Assembly: GCA_951406725.2 (NCBI GenBank)
Contig: OX597817.1
Span: 130,262,001-130,326,000 of the forward strand
Length of the DNA stretch: 64,000 nt
Direction of reading: 5' to 3'
Origin: Octopus vulgaris
Taxonomy: Eukaryota
Under the pieces are notes generated by a model that searched no databases, was not told the origin of the DNA, and saw only the letters and a list, made by a program, of their open reading frames with translations. The translations under genes and the position numbers were made by a program. Below are positions 43,051 to 55,100 of this stretch, piece after piece; position 1 is the stretch's first letter; the number at the start of each line of letters is the position of its first letter.

Positions 43051-43084
<34 letters not shown>

Positions 43085-43119
43085 CGATGACGATGTGATG
43101 ACGATGATGTTGATGATAT

Positions 43120-43155
<36 letters not shown>

Positions 43156-44510
43156 GAATGATGATGATGATGATGATGATGATCGTGGTGGAGATGGTAG
43201 TGGTGGAGATGGTGGTACGTAAAATGGTGGTAGTGTTAGAGGTGGTGGTGGTGAAGATGGTGGTAGTGATGAAACTAGTGGAGCAGGTGGTAGTGGTGGA
43301 GATGGTGGTACGTAAAATGGTGGTAGTGTTAGAGGTGGTGGTGGTGGTGGTGATGGTGATGGTACTGCTGCTGCAGGTGGAAGCGGTGATGATGATGACG
43401 ATGATGATGATGATGATGATGATGTTGCTGTTGTTGTCGTTGTTGTGTATATGTTGAAGATGTTATTAGTTTTGATTGTTTGGCTGAAAAATCGAAGTTA
43501 ATTTACTGCCGGGTGTGATACGGGTCAATCACCCGGTTACTGATTGAAACTTATCGATCTTCGAACACTGCATAATTTCTACCAAAAGCAACCTACCGCA
43601 ACCACCACCACCACCACCACCGCCGCCACTACTACCTTCACCTCCGCCGCCGCCGCCACCACCACCGCCACCACCATCGCCATTTCAATCACAAGCCTTC
43701 CACCCACTATTAGTACACTTCCATCACTTCTGTTGAAGTAGTTTCCCCAAACAGACAAACGCACTAACTCTACTATTATTGCTCCCACCACCATCGCCAC
43801 CACTACTTCTACCATAACCACCACTATCGCGACCACCATCAGCGCTATCGCCTTCACAACCACCACTACCGCCATCACCACCATCACTATCTACATCACT
43901 ACCTACATCACTCTAATCATCACCTCCATTATTATCATCTCCGCCGCTACCACTATCACCACCATCACTCCCACTACCGCCGTCACCACCATCCCTACCG
44001 CCACCACCATCACCTCCGCCATCACCACCATCACCACCGCCATCACCCCTACCACTACCGAGATCACCAGCACCAATACCAGCATCACTACTATCACTAC
44101 CGCCCACCACTACCGATACCACCATCATCAATCACTACCACCGTCATCACCACTAGCACTACTGACATCACCTCCATCACCACCGTCGCCATCACTCCCA
44201 CTACCGACATCACCATCACCACCATTGTCGTCATCTACACCACCATCATTGTGGTTCTAATAATACTGTCATTGATACCACCATCGGTGGTATCGTCCTC
44301 ATCACCACCAATATCACTACGATATCGCCATCACCATTATCACCGTCACCGTACGCTGCCACCACCGCTGCCACCATCACCACCACCCCATACACTACCA
44401 CCTCACACCATCGCAACCGTCAGCACCACTGCCGCCACAACACTCATCCCCACCGCAAATCACCACTGTGTATAATACCACCACCAGCATCACCAGCAGC
44501 ATCACTCCCA
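42620..44510. repeat. Low-complexity trinucleotide region: (GGT/GAT)n then (ACC/ATC)n
   Basis: Direct reading; strand polarity switches at ~43460-43580. Confidence 0.9.
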
Positions 44511-44545
44511 GTTGGGCACTTCTAAATATTTTCATTAGCAATCGC

Positions 44546-44634
<89 letters not shown>

Positions 44635-44692
44635 AAGTATGTAAAAAAGTCGATTGCCTAATCTGAGTTTTTATTTTAATTCTTATATGGAC

Positions 44693-44844
<152 letters not shown>

Positions 44845-45068
44845 GGATCAAATTTATGGAAAAACTTCGAGCTTACGCTCTTCATCAGAAAGGAATAAGA
44901 GAAAAGAAAAAACAACCGGTAGATTTAGCGGTCGAGCCTGGCGACTGAGTAGAAAAGGAGTTTGAAATAAAAGGTTGGAAGAAAGGGAAATAACAAAGTG
45001 ATGGTAACCACAACTAAAGGTGCCCGTGCCTGTATGTGTATGTGAGAATATATATATAAATATATATT

Positions 45069-45129
<61 letters not shown>

Positions 45130-45462
45130 GTTGTGTCTATGTTTTTCGTCTCTCTATGTGTTCGACGTCTTTTTGGTGTCCTGTACACATATATGCGTGT
45201 ATATGTACATGTAGAGGTAGGTACGTACATATATGTTTATATATATGCATATATTTTATTAACATATATATATATAGTTGAAAGTTACAGAAAAACAAAA
45301 GACGAAAACAGGTGTAAAAACAACGAGCAAATGCATTGGTTTGACGCTCGGAAAAAATACAAAAGTCTTTTACGTTTCGAACCTACGCTCTTCTACAGAA
45401 AGGAATAAGGGAAAATAAACAGAGAGAGAATGAAGAAAAACTTGTAGAGTTCAGCGGTCTGC
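44845..45462 (-). mobile_element. Two head-to-tail copies of the short minimal-HHR repeat
   Basis: cttt-CTGATGA-a-gagc(gtaa)gctc-GAAG at ~44864-44891 and cttt-CTGTAGA-a-gagc(gtag)gttc-GAAA-cg-TA-aaag at 45367-45402. Confidence 0.65.
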
Positions 45463-45879
45463 CCTCTAGATATATATATTTAGAAGGCAAGAGAGAGAGA
45501 CTTGTTTACATTTGTCATAATTTAGTGAGAAACTGTGTTCCAGAGAAAAAGTTACTTCCAGCCACACAAAAGATATAGCAAAAATGTACGTAATTAGTGC
45601 ATAATTAGCTAATTAATTTTAATAAACTACTAACTAATCAGTTGAATATGTTCACTATATTATTGACTGTATATAGTCATAAGTACTATTTCTTTTCGTG
45701 AGTAAATCAGATAACATCTATATCTAATGAGAACTAAACGAGATATGAAACTGGCCGATTAAATTTTTGTTTTGTTTTTGTTATCGGAGAAAAAGGCTAT
45801 TGCTTACAATATAAAAAGATGTAACTTGCACCACTCTATATATCCGGATTTGGTTAGTTAGTTGAAATACTCCCTTCAT

Positions 45880-46288
45880 AATAGGCCTTTCTACTATAGG
45901 CACAAGGCCTGAAATTTTGGTAAGGAGGGGACTAGTTGATTATATCGATCTCAGTGTTTTACTAAATTTATCGACCTCCACCAAAAAAAAAATATCAAAG
46001 GTAACGTCGACCTCGGCGGAATTTGAACTCAGAAGTAACGGCAGACGAAATACCTATTTCTTTACTACCCACAAGGGGCTAAACACAGAGAGGACAAACA
46101 AGGACTGACAAACGGATTAAGTCGATTATATCGACTCCAGTGCGTAACTGGTACTTATTTAATCGACCCCGAAAGGATGAAAGGCAAAGTCGACCTCGGC
46201 GTAATTTGAACTCAGAACGTAACGGCAGACAAAATACCGCTAAGCATTTCGTCCGGCGTGCTCACGATTCAACCAGCTCCCCGCCTTA
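45880..46288 (-). mobile_element. Dimeric Nin/Deu-like SINE
   Basis: Reverse complement of the family at 7805 and 11604. Confidence 0.8.
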
Positions 46289-46485
46289 GGCTCACTTCAT
46301 AATAAGGACATCCTGGAGTCGATACCACTGCGTAACATTTTGTTCAAGTGATTTTTACTGCGCTCTCGGATCAACCCAAATTTGTGATTGAATTGGGGTG
46401 AATTTTGATGAACGAAAAATTGCGTGTAAGTCTGACGGATTGAATGTGCCTGGAATTCAAATAACCAACCTTGTTTATACATACG

Positions 46486-46529
<44 letters not shown>

Positions 46530-46534
<5 letters not shown>

Positions 46535-47960
46535 AGACCCACAAACTCCTAAATGCAAATCAGCATGGCTTTCGCTGTGGCAGGGACTGTCTAACACAGT
46601 TCTTACACCACATTGAAGATGTACTCAAAGCCTTGGGAACAGGTTCGAACTCTGACGTCATATATCTTGACTTCAGTAAAGCGTTCGACAGGGTAGACCA
46701 TAACATCCTACTCTCAAAATTGGCAAATGTTGGAATCCGTGGAAAAGTTCTACACTGGATTAAGTATTTCCTGGCGAATAGAACACAACATGTTGTAGTT
46801 GATGGAGTCCACTCAAACCCAGCAAAAGTCACCAGCGGTGTTCCCCAGGGAACTGTTTTGGGTCCGCTACTCTTCATAATTTACGTAAACGACCTTTCCA
46901 GTGTCGTACATTACTGCAAAGTGAAAATATTTGCTGATGACACTAAGCTCCAGCAAATCGTCAATGAAGAAGCAGACCGAACTCAACTCCAGTCTGATCT
47001 ATATGCTGTGAGTCAATGGGCAGACAGAAACAAAATGCAACTGAATGAGGGAAAATTTGAGCTGATGCATTTTGGAAGAAATTCCTCACTAAAACAACCA
47101 TACTCTCTTCCTTCAGGGGAACCGCTCACAGCCTCTAACAATATCAGAGACCTGGGTGTAATTGTTGATGACGATCTCAGTTGGAGTGCACACATCAACA
47201 AGAAGGTCGATATAGCTCGTAGGATGAATTCCTGGATCTTAAGAACTTTCCGGTCCAGAGAACAAGGTGTCATCATACCACTTTTTCCTCCTTTGTACGG
47301 CCACACCTTGAATACTGCTGCCCACTGTGGTCTCCTCACACAAGACAAAACATCTCCAGAATTGAGTCACCCCAGAGGGCACTCACTAAACAAACTGAAG
47401 GCATGGTTGCTCTCGATTATTGGGATCGCCTTAAAGCCTTGAAACTTTACTCCCTCTAGCGTCGCCGTGAGCGATACATCATTTGTACGATGTGGAAAAT
47501 ATACCGCCAACTTTGCCCAAACGACCTAAACATTAGCTTCAAGGTTCATCCAAGACTTGGACCACGGGCTATACGTCCCCTGCCCAATTCAAGATCACAA
47601 CATACATGTACACTGCAACATAATTGTTTTACCTCAACAGGCCCTGCCCTATTTAACATTGTCCCGAGGGAGATCAAAGAGGAAAAGGATCCCATCAACT
47701 TTAAACAGAGTCTGGATAGATTCCTTCAAAGAATACCAGATAAGCCACCCAAAATTGGATACAACTCACCCAACAAGAACTCACTACTTGAACAAAACTG
47801 GATACAACTCACCCAACAAGAACTCACTACTTGAACAAAACTTGACTTAAACAAAACTTGACTTAAACAGGATTCGAATAATCCTATCAGGTGGTGCTAT
47901 TAAGTTAGACATGGCCTGGACCAATCTTTGGTCGAAACATATCTAAGTTTCATCTAAGTT
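46530..47960 (+). mobile_element. Second 5'-truncated CR1/L2-group LINE (different family)
   Basis: QHGFRCGRDC, YLDFSKAFDRV, GVPQGTVLGPLLF, FADD, IRDLGV; frameshift near 47285; 43-bp tandem duplication near 47757-47842; (atctaagttt) tail. Confidence 0.92.
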
Positions 47961-49208
47961 TATATATATATATATATATTTATATATAAATATATGTATA
48001 TACACATGTATATGTATATACGTGAAAATGTGTATACATGTATGTATGTCGATATGTATGCGCATAAACACACACACACCACGGATGCTGCAAAATGATA
48101 TATGGACTAAAAAGTGCGCGGTTGACCCATTTAAATTTGTACGCCTTAATAATACATCAAAGTTTTCGTTCCAAATTCCCACCCTCAGCAATCCTTCTCC
48201 TTCGATATGAAACGGAGTCCATCCATCAATCAACCAGTCAATCAATTATTTCATTAGTGTCAATTAAATTGACGACTCACGCTTCCTTTAACAAACTGAA
48301 GCGTTGTCTCGTAGAAATATAGTTTCTATACGTAGGCTACGCGGGTCGTAAATTTATACTGCATTAGACATGAAGTGTTTTATCGTTGTATTATCAAGAC
48401 AGTCTTTCTTACGCAAACATAGACCCTCATACACACATATGAACACACACGCTTAGACACACACCAGACACGCATGCACATACAAACACATTCAGACACA
48501 CACACCCATATACATGCACAGGCACACATTTACAGTCGTTGTAACAAACGGAATCGTGATTCACAGAGGAGATACGGAAAGAAGTCTTATCTTCTAATTA
48601 ATGAATAAACCATACTACATGTATTAAGTATTACTTAATGTAAATACTTAATGTAAATGGCTGTGAGTACAGCCTATTGATAACGCCCACCAAAGCAGAA
48701 ATGCATATATAATTTTCCCTAGCAACTGCCTAGGCTATTTTAGTCTAATTTAAACACGGCACGTCCGGAGATATTCTCTCCGAGAGAATAGTGGAGCAGA
48801 TTTAACATTCAGGAGGTTTTGAAATTAAATACAATACACAGGTGGTTATTTTGATCTAATACTGCTTCTATTGCATATAACGCATTTTCATTCAGCCGAA
48901 CGGCTATTCGCAACGCGGTTGTTAGTAAGTATATGCTGTTGACAAAGCCCAAAAAGGAGAAATACATTTAGCACACTCATTAACCACTGCTACGACGATT
49001 TTCTTCTGCCTCCAATATATATTGTGTTTATAAAGAAGCACAACCACAAGAAATATAATCTCTGCGCAAATATATATATAGAGAGAGAAGGGGAGGGAAG
49101 ATATAATTATAGATAGGTGGTTAGATAGATAGAGTGATTAATATTGTATATTACACACACATTTATTTACATGTATGTATGTATGCATGTATGTATGCAT
49201 GTATATAT

Positions 49209-49240
<32 letters not shown>

Positions 49241-49357
49241 TGTTATATTTCGGAATGGTCATATTGCCAGTTTAGCCAATAAAAACACACGCACTATATA
49301 TTTGGTGTTATTTTGCTTCAGTGATATTTATTTTTTACATTAATCTTAATCTTATTT

Positions 49358-49403
49358 CGGCCAAAGTTCTTTCGTCACACTCCTGTGACCGCATCAGTGG
49401 TCC
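49358..49403 (-). ncRNA. Variant minimal HHR in the presumed 3' pLTR of the Penelope-like element
   Basis: ggacca-CTGATGC-g-gtcac(aggagt)gtgac-GAAA-gaac-TT-tggcc; A9 position is C. Confidence 0.55.
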
Positions 49404-49924
49404 TTTGTTTTCTTCTCACTTACTTGTGTCTCTCCTTACTAACCGTCAGCCATTTTGTATTTCTATTGTATGTCTTCATTTGCGCATGCTTATATCTCTA
49501 TGTGCGTCTATGTTTATTTAGTGTGTGTGTGGGGGGGATGCCTGTAATATTTGTATCTTCTGGTTATATACATTCTTGTAATTTGTATTTTGTTTTTGTT
49601 GTTGTTGCTTTTGTTCTAATTTTGTTCATGTGTTTACATCCACCCATTATTATCATTACATATGCTTGGATGTATGTATAACAACAATATTAGTAATAAT
49701 AATAATAAATCTAATCGAAAAAAAAAAAAAAAAGAATATACATATACATATATATATATACATACATATACATATACATATATATATATATATATATATA
49801 CATATATACACACATATATACACATATACATATACATATATATACACATATACATATATATAGATATTCATTTCTATTTCTTTAATTACCTGTGTATTTA
49901 TTATGTTTGCAGGATCCACTATTG

Positions 49925-51381
49925 TCATATGTTGTGGTGTGCGCTATTGCTCCATTCTAGTTTTCTATTCAGGCTAGGTTTATTTTCTATTATATGTGTA
50001 GCTTCTGTAATTTGTCTAATTGTTGCATCTGTTCTATGTGTGGACAATATCTTAATCTCTATGTTATTGATTGATCCCCCGTGTTCTTGTTCGGCGTGTT
50101 GGTACAGAATCGATGAGCTTTTACCTTCCTTGAGTTGTCTCCAATGTTCATTCACCCGCTCACCAATGCTTCTTGCAGTTTCCCCTACGTATGTTACTGT
50201 CTTGTTACTGCATCGTCCCTCTATACATCTTATACTATAGACCACATTTCTGGCTTTACAGTTCGTTTGTGGGCTAAATCTACATACAGTGCAATAGTTA
50301 TCCGTACAGAGAGTTCTACTAAAAGAATAGCTTCTACCAATTATAGATCTGATAGGGTTGCCTGGCTTTTCAACAACCTTAATTCTTAGTTTAAGTTTAT
50401 CTAGGGTCCTTCTAAAGCGGTACGCTAGTTCACCTCCAGGGGTGGTGTCAACGAACATGACACTCTGGTATTTATGGCTATCATACCAAGAGTTGGCCTT
50501 CCCTATTTTCTTTTTTGTCCTTTCTATAGTGTTCCATGACTTGTTCCTATAGAGTGGGCAAATCCCATTCCTATCATTACATAATATATTATCAAATTTC
50601 TTCATGGCTCCTTTGTATACTCTGATCCTTTCTTTATGGCTGTAACCTGAGAACTGCATGCGGTGAATGAAATACTGTATGTGTCTCTTTAATTCTGTAG
50701 GCTCGCACATGCGTGACACATTTCTCATTATTCTGACGAGGTCTGCCATCAAAATATTGAATTTGGCATTGCCCGCAATGGCTGAGTTCCGGTGGATCAG
50801 GTATTTTGAGGCCATAGGTTTTGCATAGTATGAATGAAGGATTTGGGTTTTATTTTTCACAATTTCTAGCCAGAGTTCAGTGTCTAGTACTGGTAGTCTA
50901 TGGTTGGGGTGTTTAGTGGGGTAGTCTATTGTGACCTTAATACTCTGGTGGATGGAGTTAGCTATTTGCTGGATGCTCTCCATAGTATTAGTTTCTATTA
51001 CTATATCAACAGTACTCTCTTGTGGGGGTGCCTTTACTACTATATTGATATCATCAACATAGCGAGAGTACATGTTTACGAGTATGGATTTCTGCAGTAG
51101 GCATTCTTTAAGCCTTCTGTCCCACCATACCATGAAGAGGTTGGCCACATCACCAGCGATACTAACACCGATGGCTGCCCCCTCGTCCTGGGCATATATT
51201 TTATTATTAAATTTAAATGTGTGGCCTTTTAGGGTAACTCTTATACTAGCTCCTAGTGCATGTGCGATCATTTTCTTTACCTGATGGACATTTGCGGGGC
51301 TCCGTATGGCTCTGGTCCATCCGCGCCATCTTTCTATATGTGTCTTCCTAGCCATAGAAGTAATTGTAGGCGGTCTACCTC
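49925..51381 (-). mobile_element. 5'-truncated Penelope-like element, uninterrupted RT + Cys-linker + GIY-YIG reading frame
   Basis: [47 protein letters not shown]...[24 protein letters not shown]. Confidence 0.93.
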
Positions 51382-51773
51382 TTAAAGAGACACATACAGT
51401 ATTTCATTCACCGCATGCAGTTCTCAGGTTACAGCCATAAAGAAAGGATCAGAGTATACAAAGGAGCCATGAAGAAATTTGATAATATATTATGTAATGA
51501 TAGGAATGGGATTTGCCCACTCTATAGGAACAAGTCATGGAACACTATAGAAAGGACAAAAAAGAAAATAGGGAAGGCCAACTCTTGGTATGATAGCCAT
51601 AAATACCAGAGTGTCATGTTCGTTGACACCACCCCTGGAGGTGAACTAGCGTACCGCTTTAGAAGGACCCTAGATAAACTTAAACTAAGAATTAAGGTTG
51701 TTGAAAAGCCAGGCAACCCTATCAGATCTATAATTGGTAGAAGCTATCCTTTTAGTAGAACTCTCTGTACGGA

Positions 51774-51780
<7 letters not shown>
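51382..51780 (+). mobile_element. Inverted duplicate of 50294-50692 at the 5' end of the PLE
   Basis: ORF 51415+ repeats [14 protein letters not shown]...LCTDNY with one S/P change; ends in (TA)n. Confidence 0.93.
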
Positions 51781-51827
<47 letters not shown>

Positions 51828-51917
51828 TATATATACATATATACATACACGCATACATACATACATACATACATATATACATACATACATACATACATAC
51901 ATACATACATACATACA

Positions 51918-51944
<27 letters not shown>

Positions 51945-51950
<6 letters not shown>

Positions 51951-53187
51951 TTCATATAAAATTTAGTGTACATTTAAGCACAAAAGAGGTGAACCTTAGC
52001 AGGTTGCCTAACATACTAGAAAGAACACAATAAAAGTCCAAACCATAGTTAAGAGCAATTTCGAAGGGAATGAAAAATTAAAACATTTACCATGTTTTTC
52101 AGCCGGACCTCAGATTTCGAACTTTAATTAGCAAATAAAATAATTTGCAAGGCGAAGTTCTCATCAGCGGATACACCAAAGCATTAACATGTAAATTAGA
52201 GACCGAATAACACGTGCCTCATCCTTATATATTATAATTTTTTTCAATCCTCCGCGCAAGCGCAGATTCAATTGACAGCAAATAAAGATTCCGATTAAAC
52301 TTCAGAAATTGCAAAAATCATTTCTTGAAATTAATTTAGGGTAGGAAAAATTATAGAATTTTTTTCTACCAGTGGCCTAGTATGTATACAGTCAATAGAC
52401 ATATATTTCATATAACAATTAGTGTTCCTAATTTATATGTTAATGTTTTGGCGTATCCGCTGATGAGAACTTCGCCTTGCAAATTATTTTATTTGCTAAT
52501 TAAAGTTCGAAAGTCCGGCTGTAAAACATGGTAAATGTTTTTATCTTTCATTCCTTTCGAAATTGCTCTTAACTGGGGTTTGGACTTTTATTATGTTCTT
52601 TCTAATATGTTAGGCAACCTGTTACGGCTCGCCTCTTTTGTGTTTAAATGTACATTGATTTTTATATGAAAAATATGTCTATTGACTTTGTAGCCATACG
52701 AGGCCACTGGTAGAAAAATCTCTATAATTTTTCCTACTCTATATTAATTTAAGAAATGATTTTAGCAATTTCTGAAGTTCAATCGGAATTTTTATTTGCT
52801 GCCGATTGAATCTGGGCTTGCGCGGAGGATTTGAACTATTATAATATATAAGGATGAGGCACGTGTTATTTGGTCCCTAATTTATTTATTAATGTTTTAG
52901 CGTATCCGCTGATGAGAACTTCGCCTTGCAAATTATTTTATTTGCTAATTAAAGTTCGAAATCTGAGGTCCGGCTGAAAAACATGGTAAATGTTTTTATT
53001 TTTCATTCCCTTCGAAATTGCTCTCAACTATGATTTGGACTTTTATTGTGTTCTTTTTAGTATGTTAGGCAACCTGCTAAGGCTCACCTCTTTTGTGTTT
53101 AAATGTAAAATATATCTACTGACTTTGTATCCATACTAGGCCACTGGTAGAAAAAATTTCTATAATTTTTCCTACCCTATATTAATA
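51945..53187. mobile_element. ~450-bp HHR-containing repeat: one inverted unit plus ~1.7 tandem units
   Basis: CTGATGA at 52460 and 52909 (period 449); mirror at ~52097-52180; ccg-CTGATGA-gaactt...aagttc-GAAA-tctgagg-TC-cgg. Confidence 0.85.
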
Positions 53188-53207
53188 TACATACATACAT
53201 ATATATG

Positions 53208-53274
<67 letters not shown>

Positions 53275-53377
53275 TTATATATATATATATAATGTATATC
53301 TATCTATCTACATGTCTGTCTGTCTGTCTGTCTGTATGTATGTATGTATGTATGTATGTATGTATGCATGTATGTAT

Positions 53378-53550
53378 GTGGATGTAGGTGTCTTGAAAAC
53401 GAAATTAGATCTTCTATCAAGATATCCGAGTGAACTCACCTCACGGCAAAAAAAAAAGCCTCATTTCAGAGGAGGTTTCAAGTAGCAAAGTTGACGTCTG
53501 TGTCCCAGCATGACCGCATCCCTCAAGATGAAACTAGTAAAGAAATAAAC
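53378..53550 (+). mobile_element. Decayed 3' end of the CR1 family seen at 1257-3175
   Basis: gtggatgtaggtgtcttgaaaacgaaattagatctt and cccagcatgaccgca...tgaaactagtaaa align to 2933-3150. Confidence 0.6.
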
Positions 53551-53981
53551 ATACATACGCACACATACAAAACCATATCCTACGTTTAAGATTTTATGGT
53601 TTTAAGTATTTTGCATTTAAATTTAAATCTTCATATATTTCCACCTTCTGTATGACACTCCTCTCGTGGTTGATCGATAAAATACAGAATATGTAATCAG
53701 CAATCAATTAATCTTTTAATTAATTAATTAGTTTCAATTAAATCGACTAAATATGGACTCACGTTGTATAAAGAGAGACGGCACAGCTGAGCTACAGAGT
53801 ACGTCTAATTCACATAAGATCGTAAAAGAGATATTCTCGCTTGCATTACAGAATCGATACTTGGTCACTGAAATGATTCACTATGAGCTTACGTCTCTTT
53901 TTCTGTTGCGTTTTACCTTTCCACCATAAAGATATACATATACACAGCGAACATATCCTTTGCTGTTATTGTATTTGTCTA

Positions 53982-54791
53982 CGATGGGATACCCAAAAGA
54001 AACCAGAATCGGTCCAGACGCGTTTTCTACTGTTCGAGACAGCGCTGGAACTCTTGCAAAGGGATGCCTTTTAACACCTCCGTCGTTTACCTCTTTACCT
54101 CTTCCACATCTGCAAATTCCGTAGCACCAGCTTTCGTCACCAGTCATGACCTTCGAAAACATTCCCGGATCAATTTCCATCTGTTCTTTCAGTTCATGAC
54201 ACACAGTCGTGACTGTTTTTGATCTTCTCTATGCAAGCGAAGCACAAATTTTACTGCAGCTCTTTCCATTCGGAATTCCTCGCTCAAAATTCGCTGGCAG
54301 GAGCTCGAGGGCACACCAGTCATATCAAGTTTGTCAGCTGTTCGGTGACGATCCTCCAAGATCAGTTCACGAATTTTCATGATGTTTTCATGCATTCGAG
54401 AGATTGCCCTGAACAAGGTTGGTATACAAGCGACAAGTGACTATTCTTAAAGCATGAAAACCACTCGTAAACTTGTGTTTTGTTCATGGTAGTGTCCTTG
54501 CACGCTGCTTGAAGCATAGCATCTATTTCGGCTACCGTTTTCACCAGCAGAAGACAAAATTTCACAGAAGCCTGCTGTTCCTTCCTTCCAGCCATCGTAA
54601 AAATCGACGAATAGGAGAAAAGCACTGCAAAACAAAGACGTACCACGTAGCAATACGACCTGAAGCAACGACGCCGGTCGGCAGACTGATGCCTGAGGGT
54701 CGCATCAAGTGGTTGCTGGTGGCGGAAGCCTGAACTACACCGAGCTTGTCCTAAATAGACCATTTCCGGTTATTTTGGGGGTATCTCCACG
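53982..54791 (-). mobile_element. Internally deleted mariner relic with TA-flanked TIRs
   Basis: TA|cgatgggatacccaaaagaaacc versus ggttattttggggtatctccacg|TA; QVYEWFSCFKN, KVMTGDESWCYG. Confidence 0.8.
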
Positions 54792-55029
54792 TAGTCTAGT
54801 TGTTCATTAATTGACTTGGATTATGTTCAAAGAAATTCCAACCTCGAGCGACGACTTTTTCTATATTTAGGACTATATTGCCTAATTTCTCTCTCCCTCT
54901 CTCTCTCTCCTTCTCTCTCCCTCGCACCTTCTGCTTCTCTCTGTGTGTATACATACATACATACATACATACATACATACATACATACATACATACATAC
55001 ATACATACATACATACATACATACATACA

Positions 55030-55096
<67 letters not shown>

Positions 55097-55100
<4 letters not shown>

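Noticed and set aside
42811-43457. Poly-Asp / poly-Met-Val ORFs
   Set aside because: Trinucleotide low complexity with no splice or domain support.
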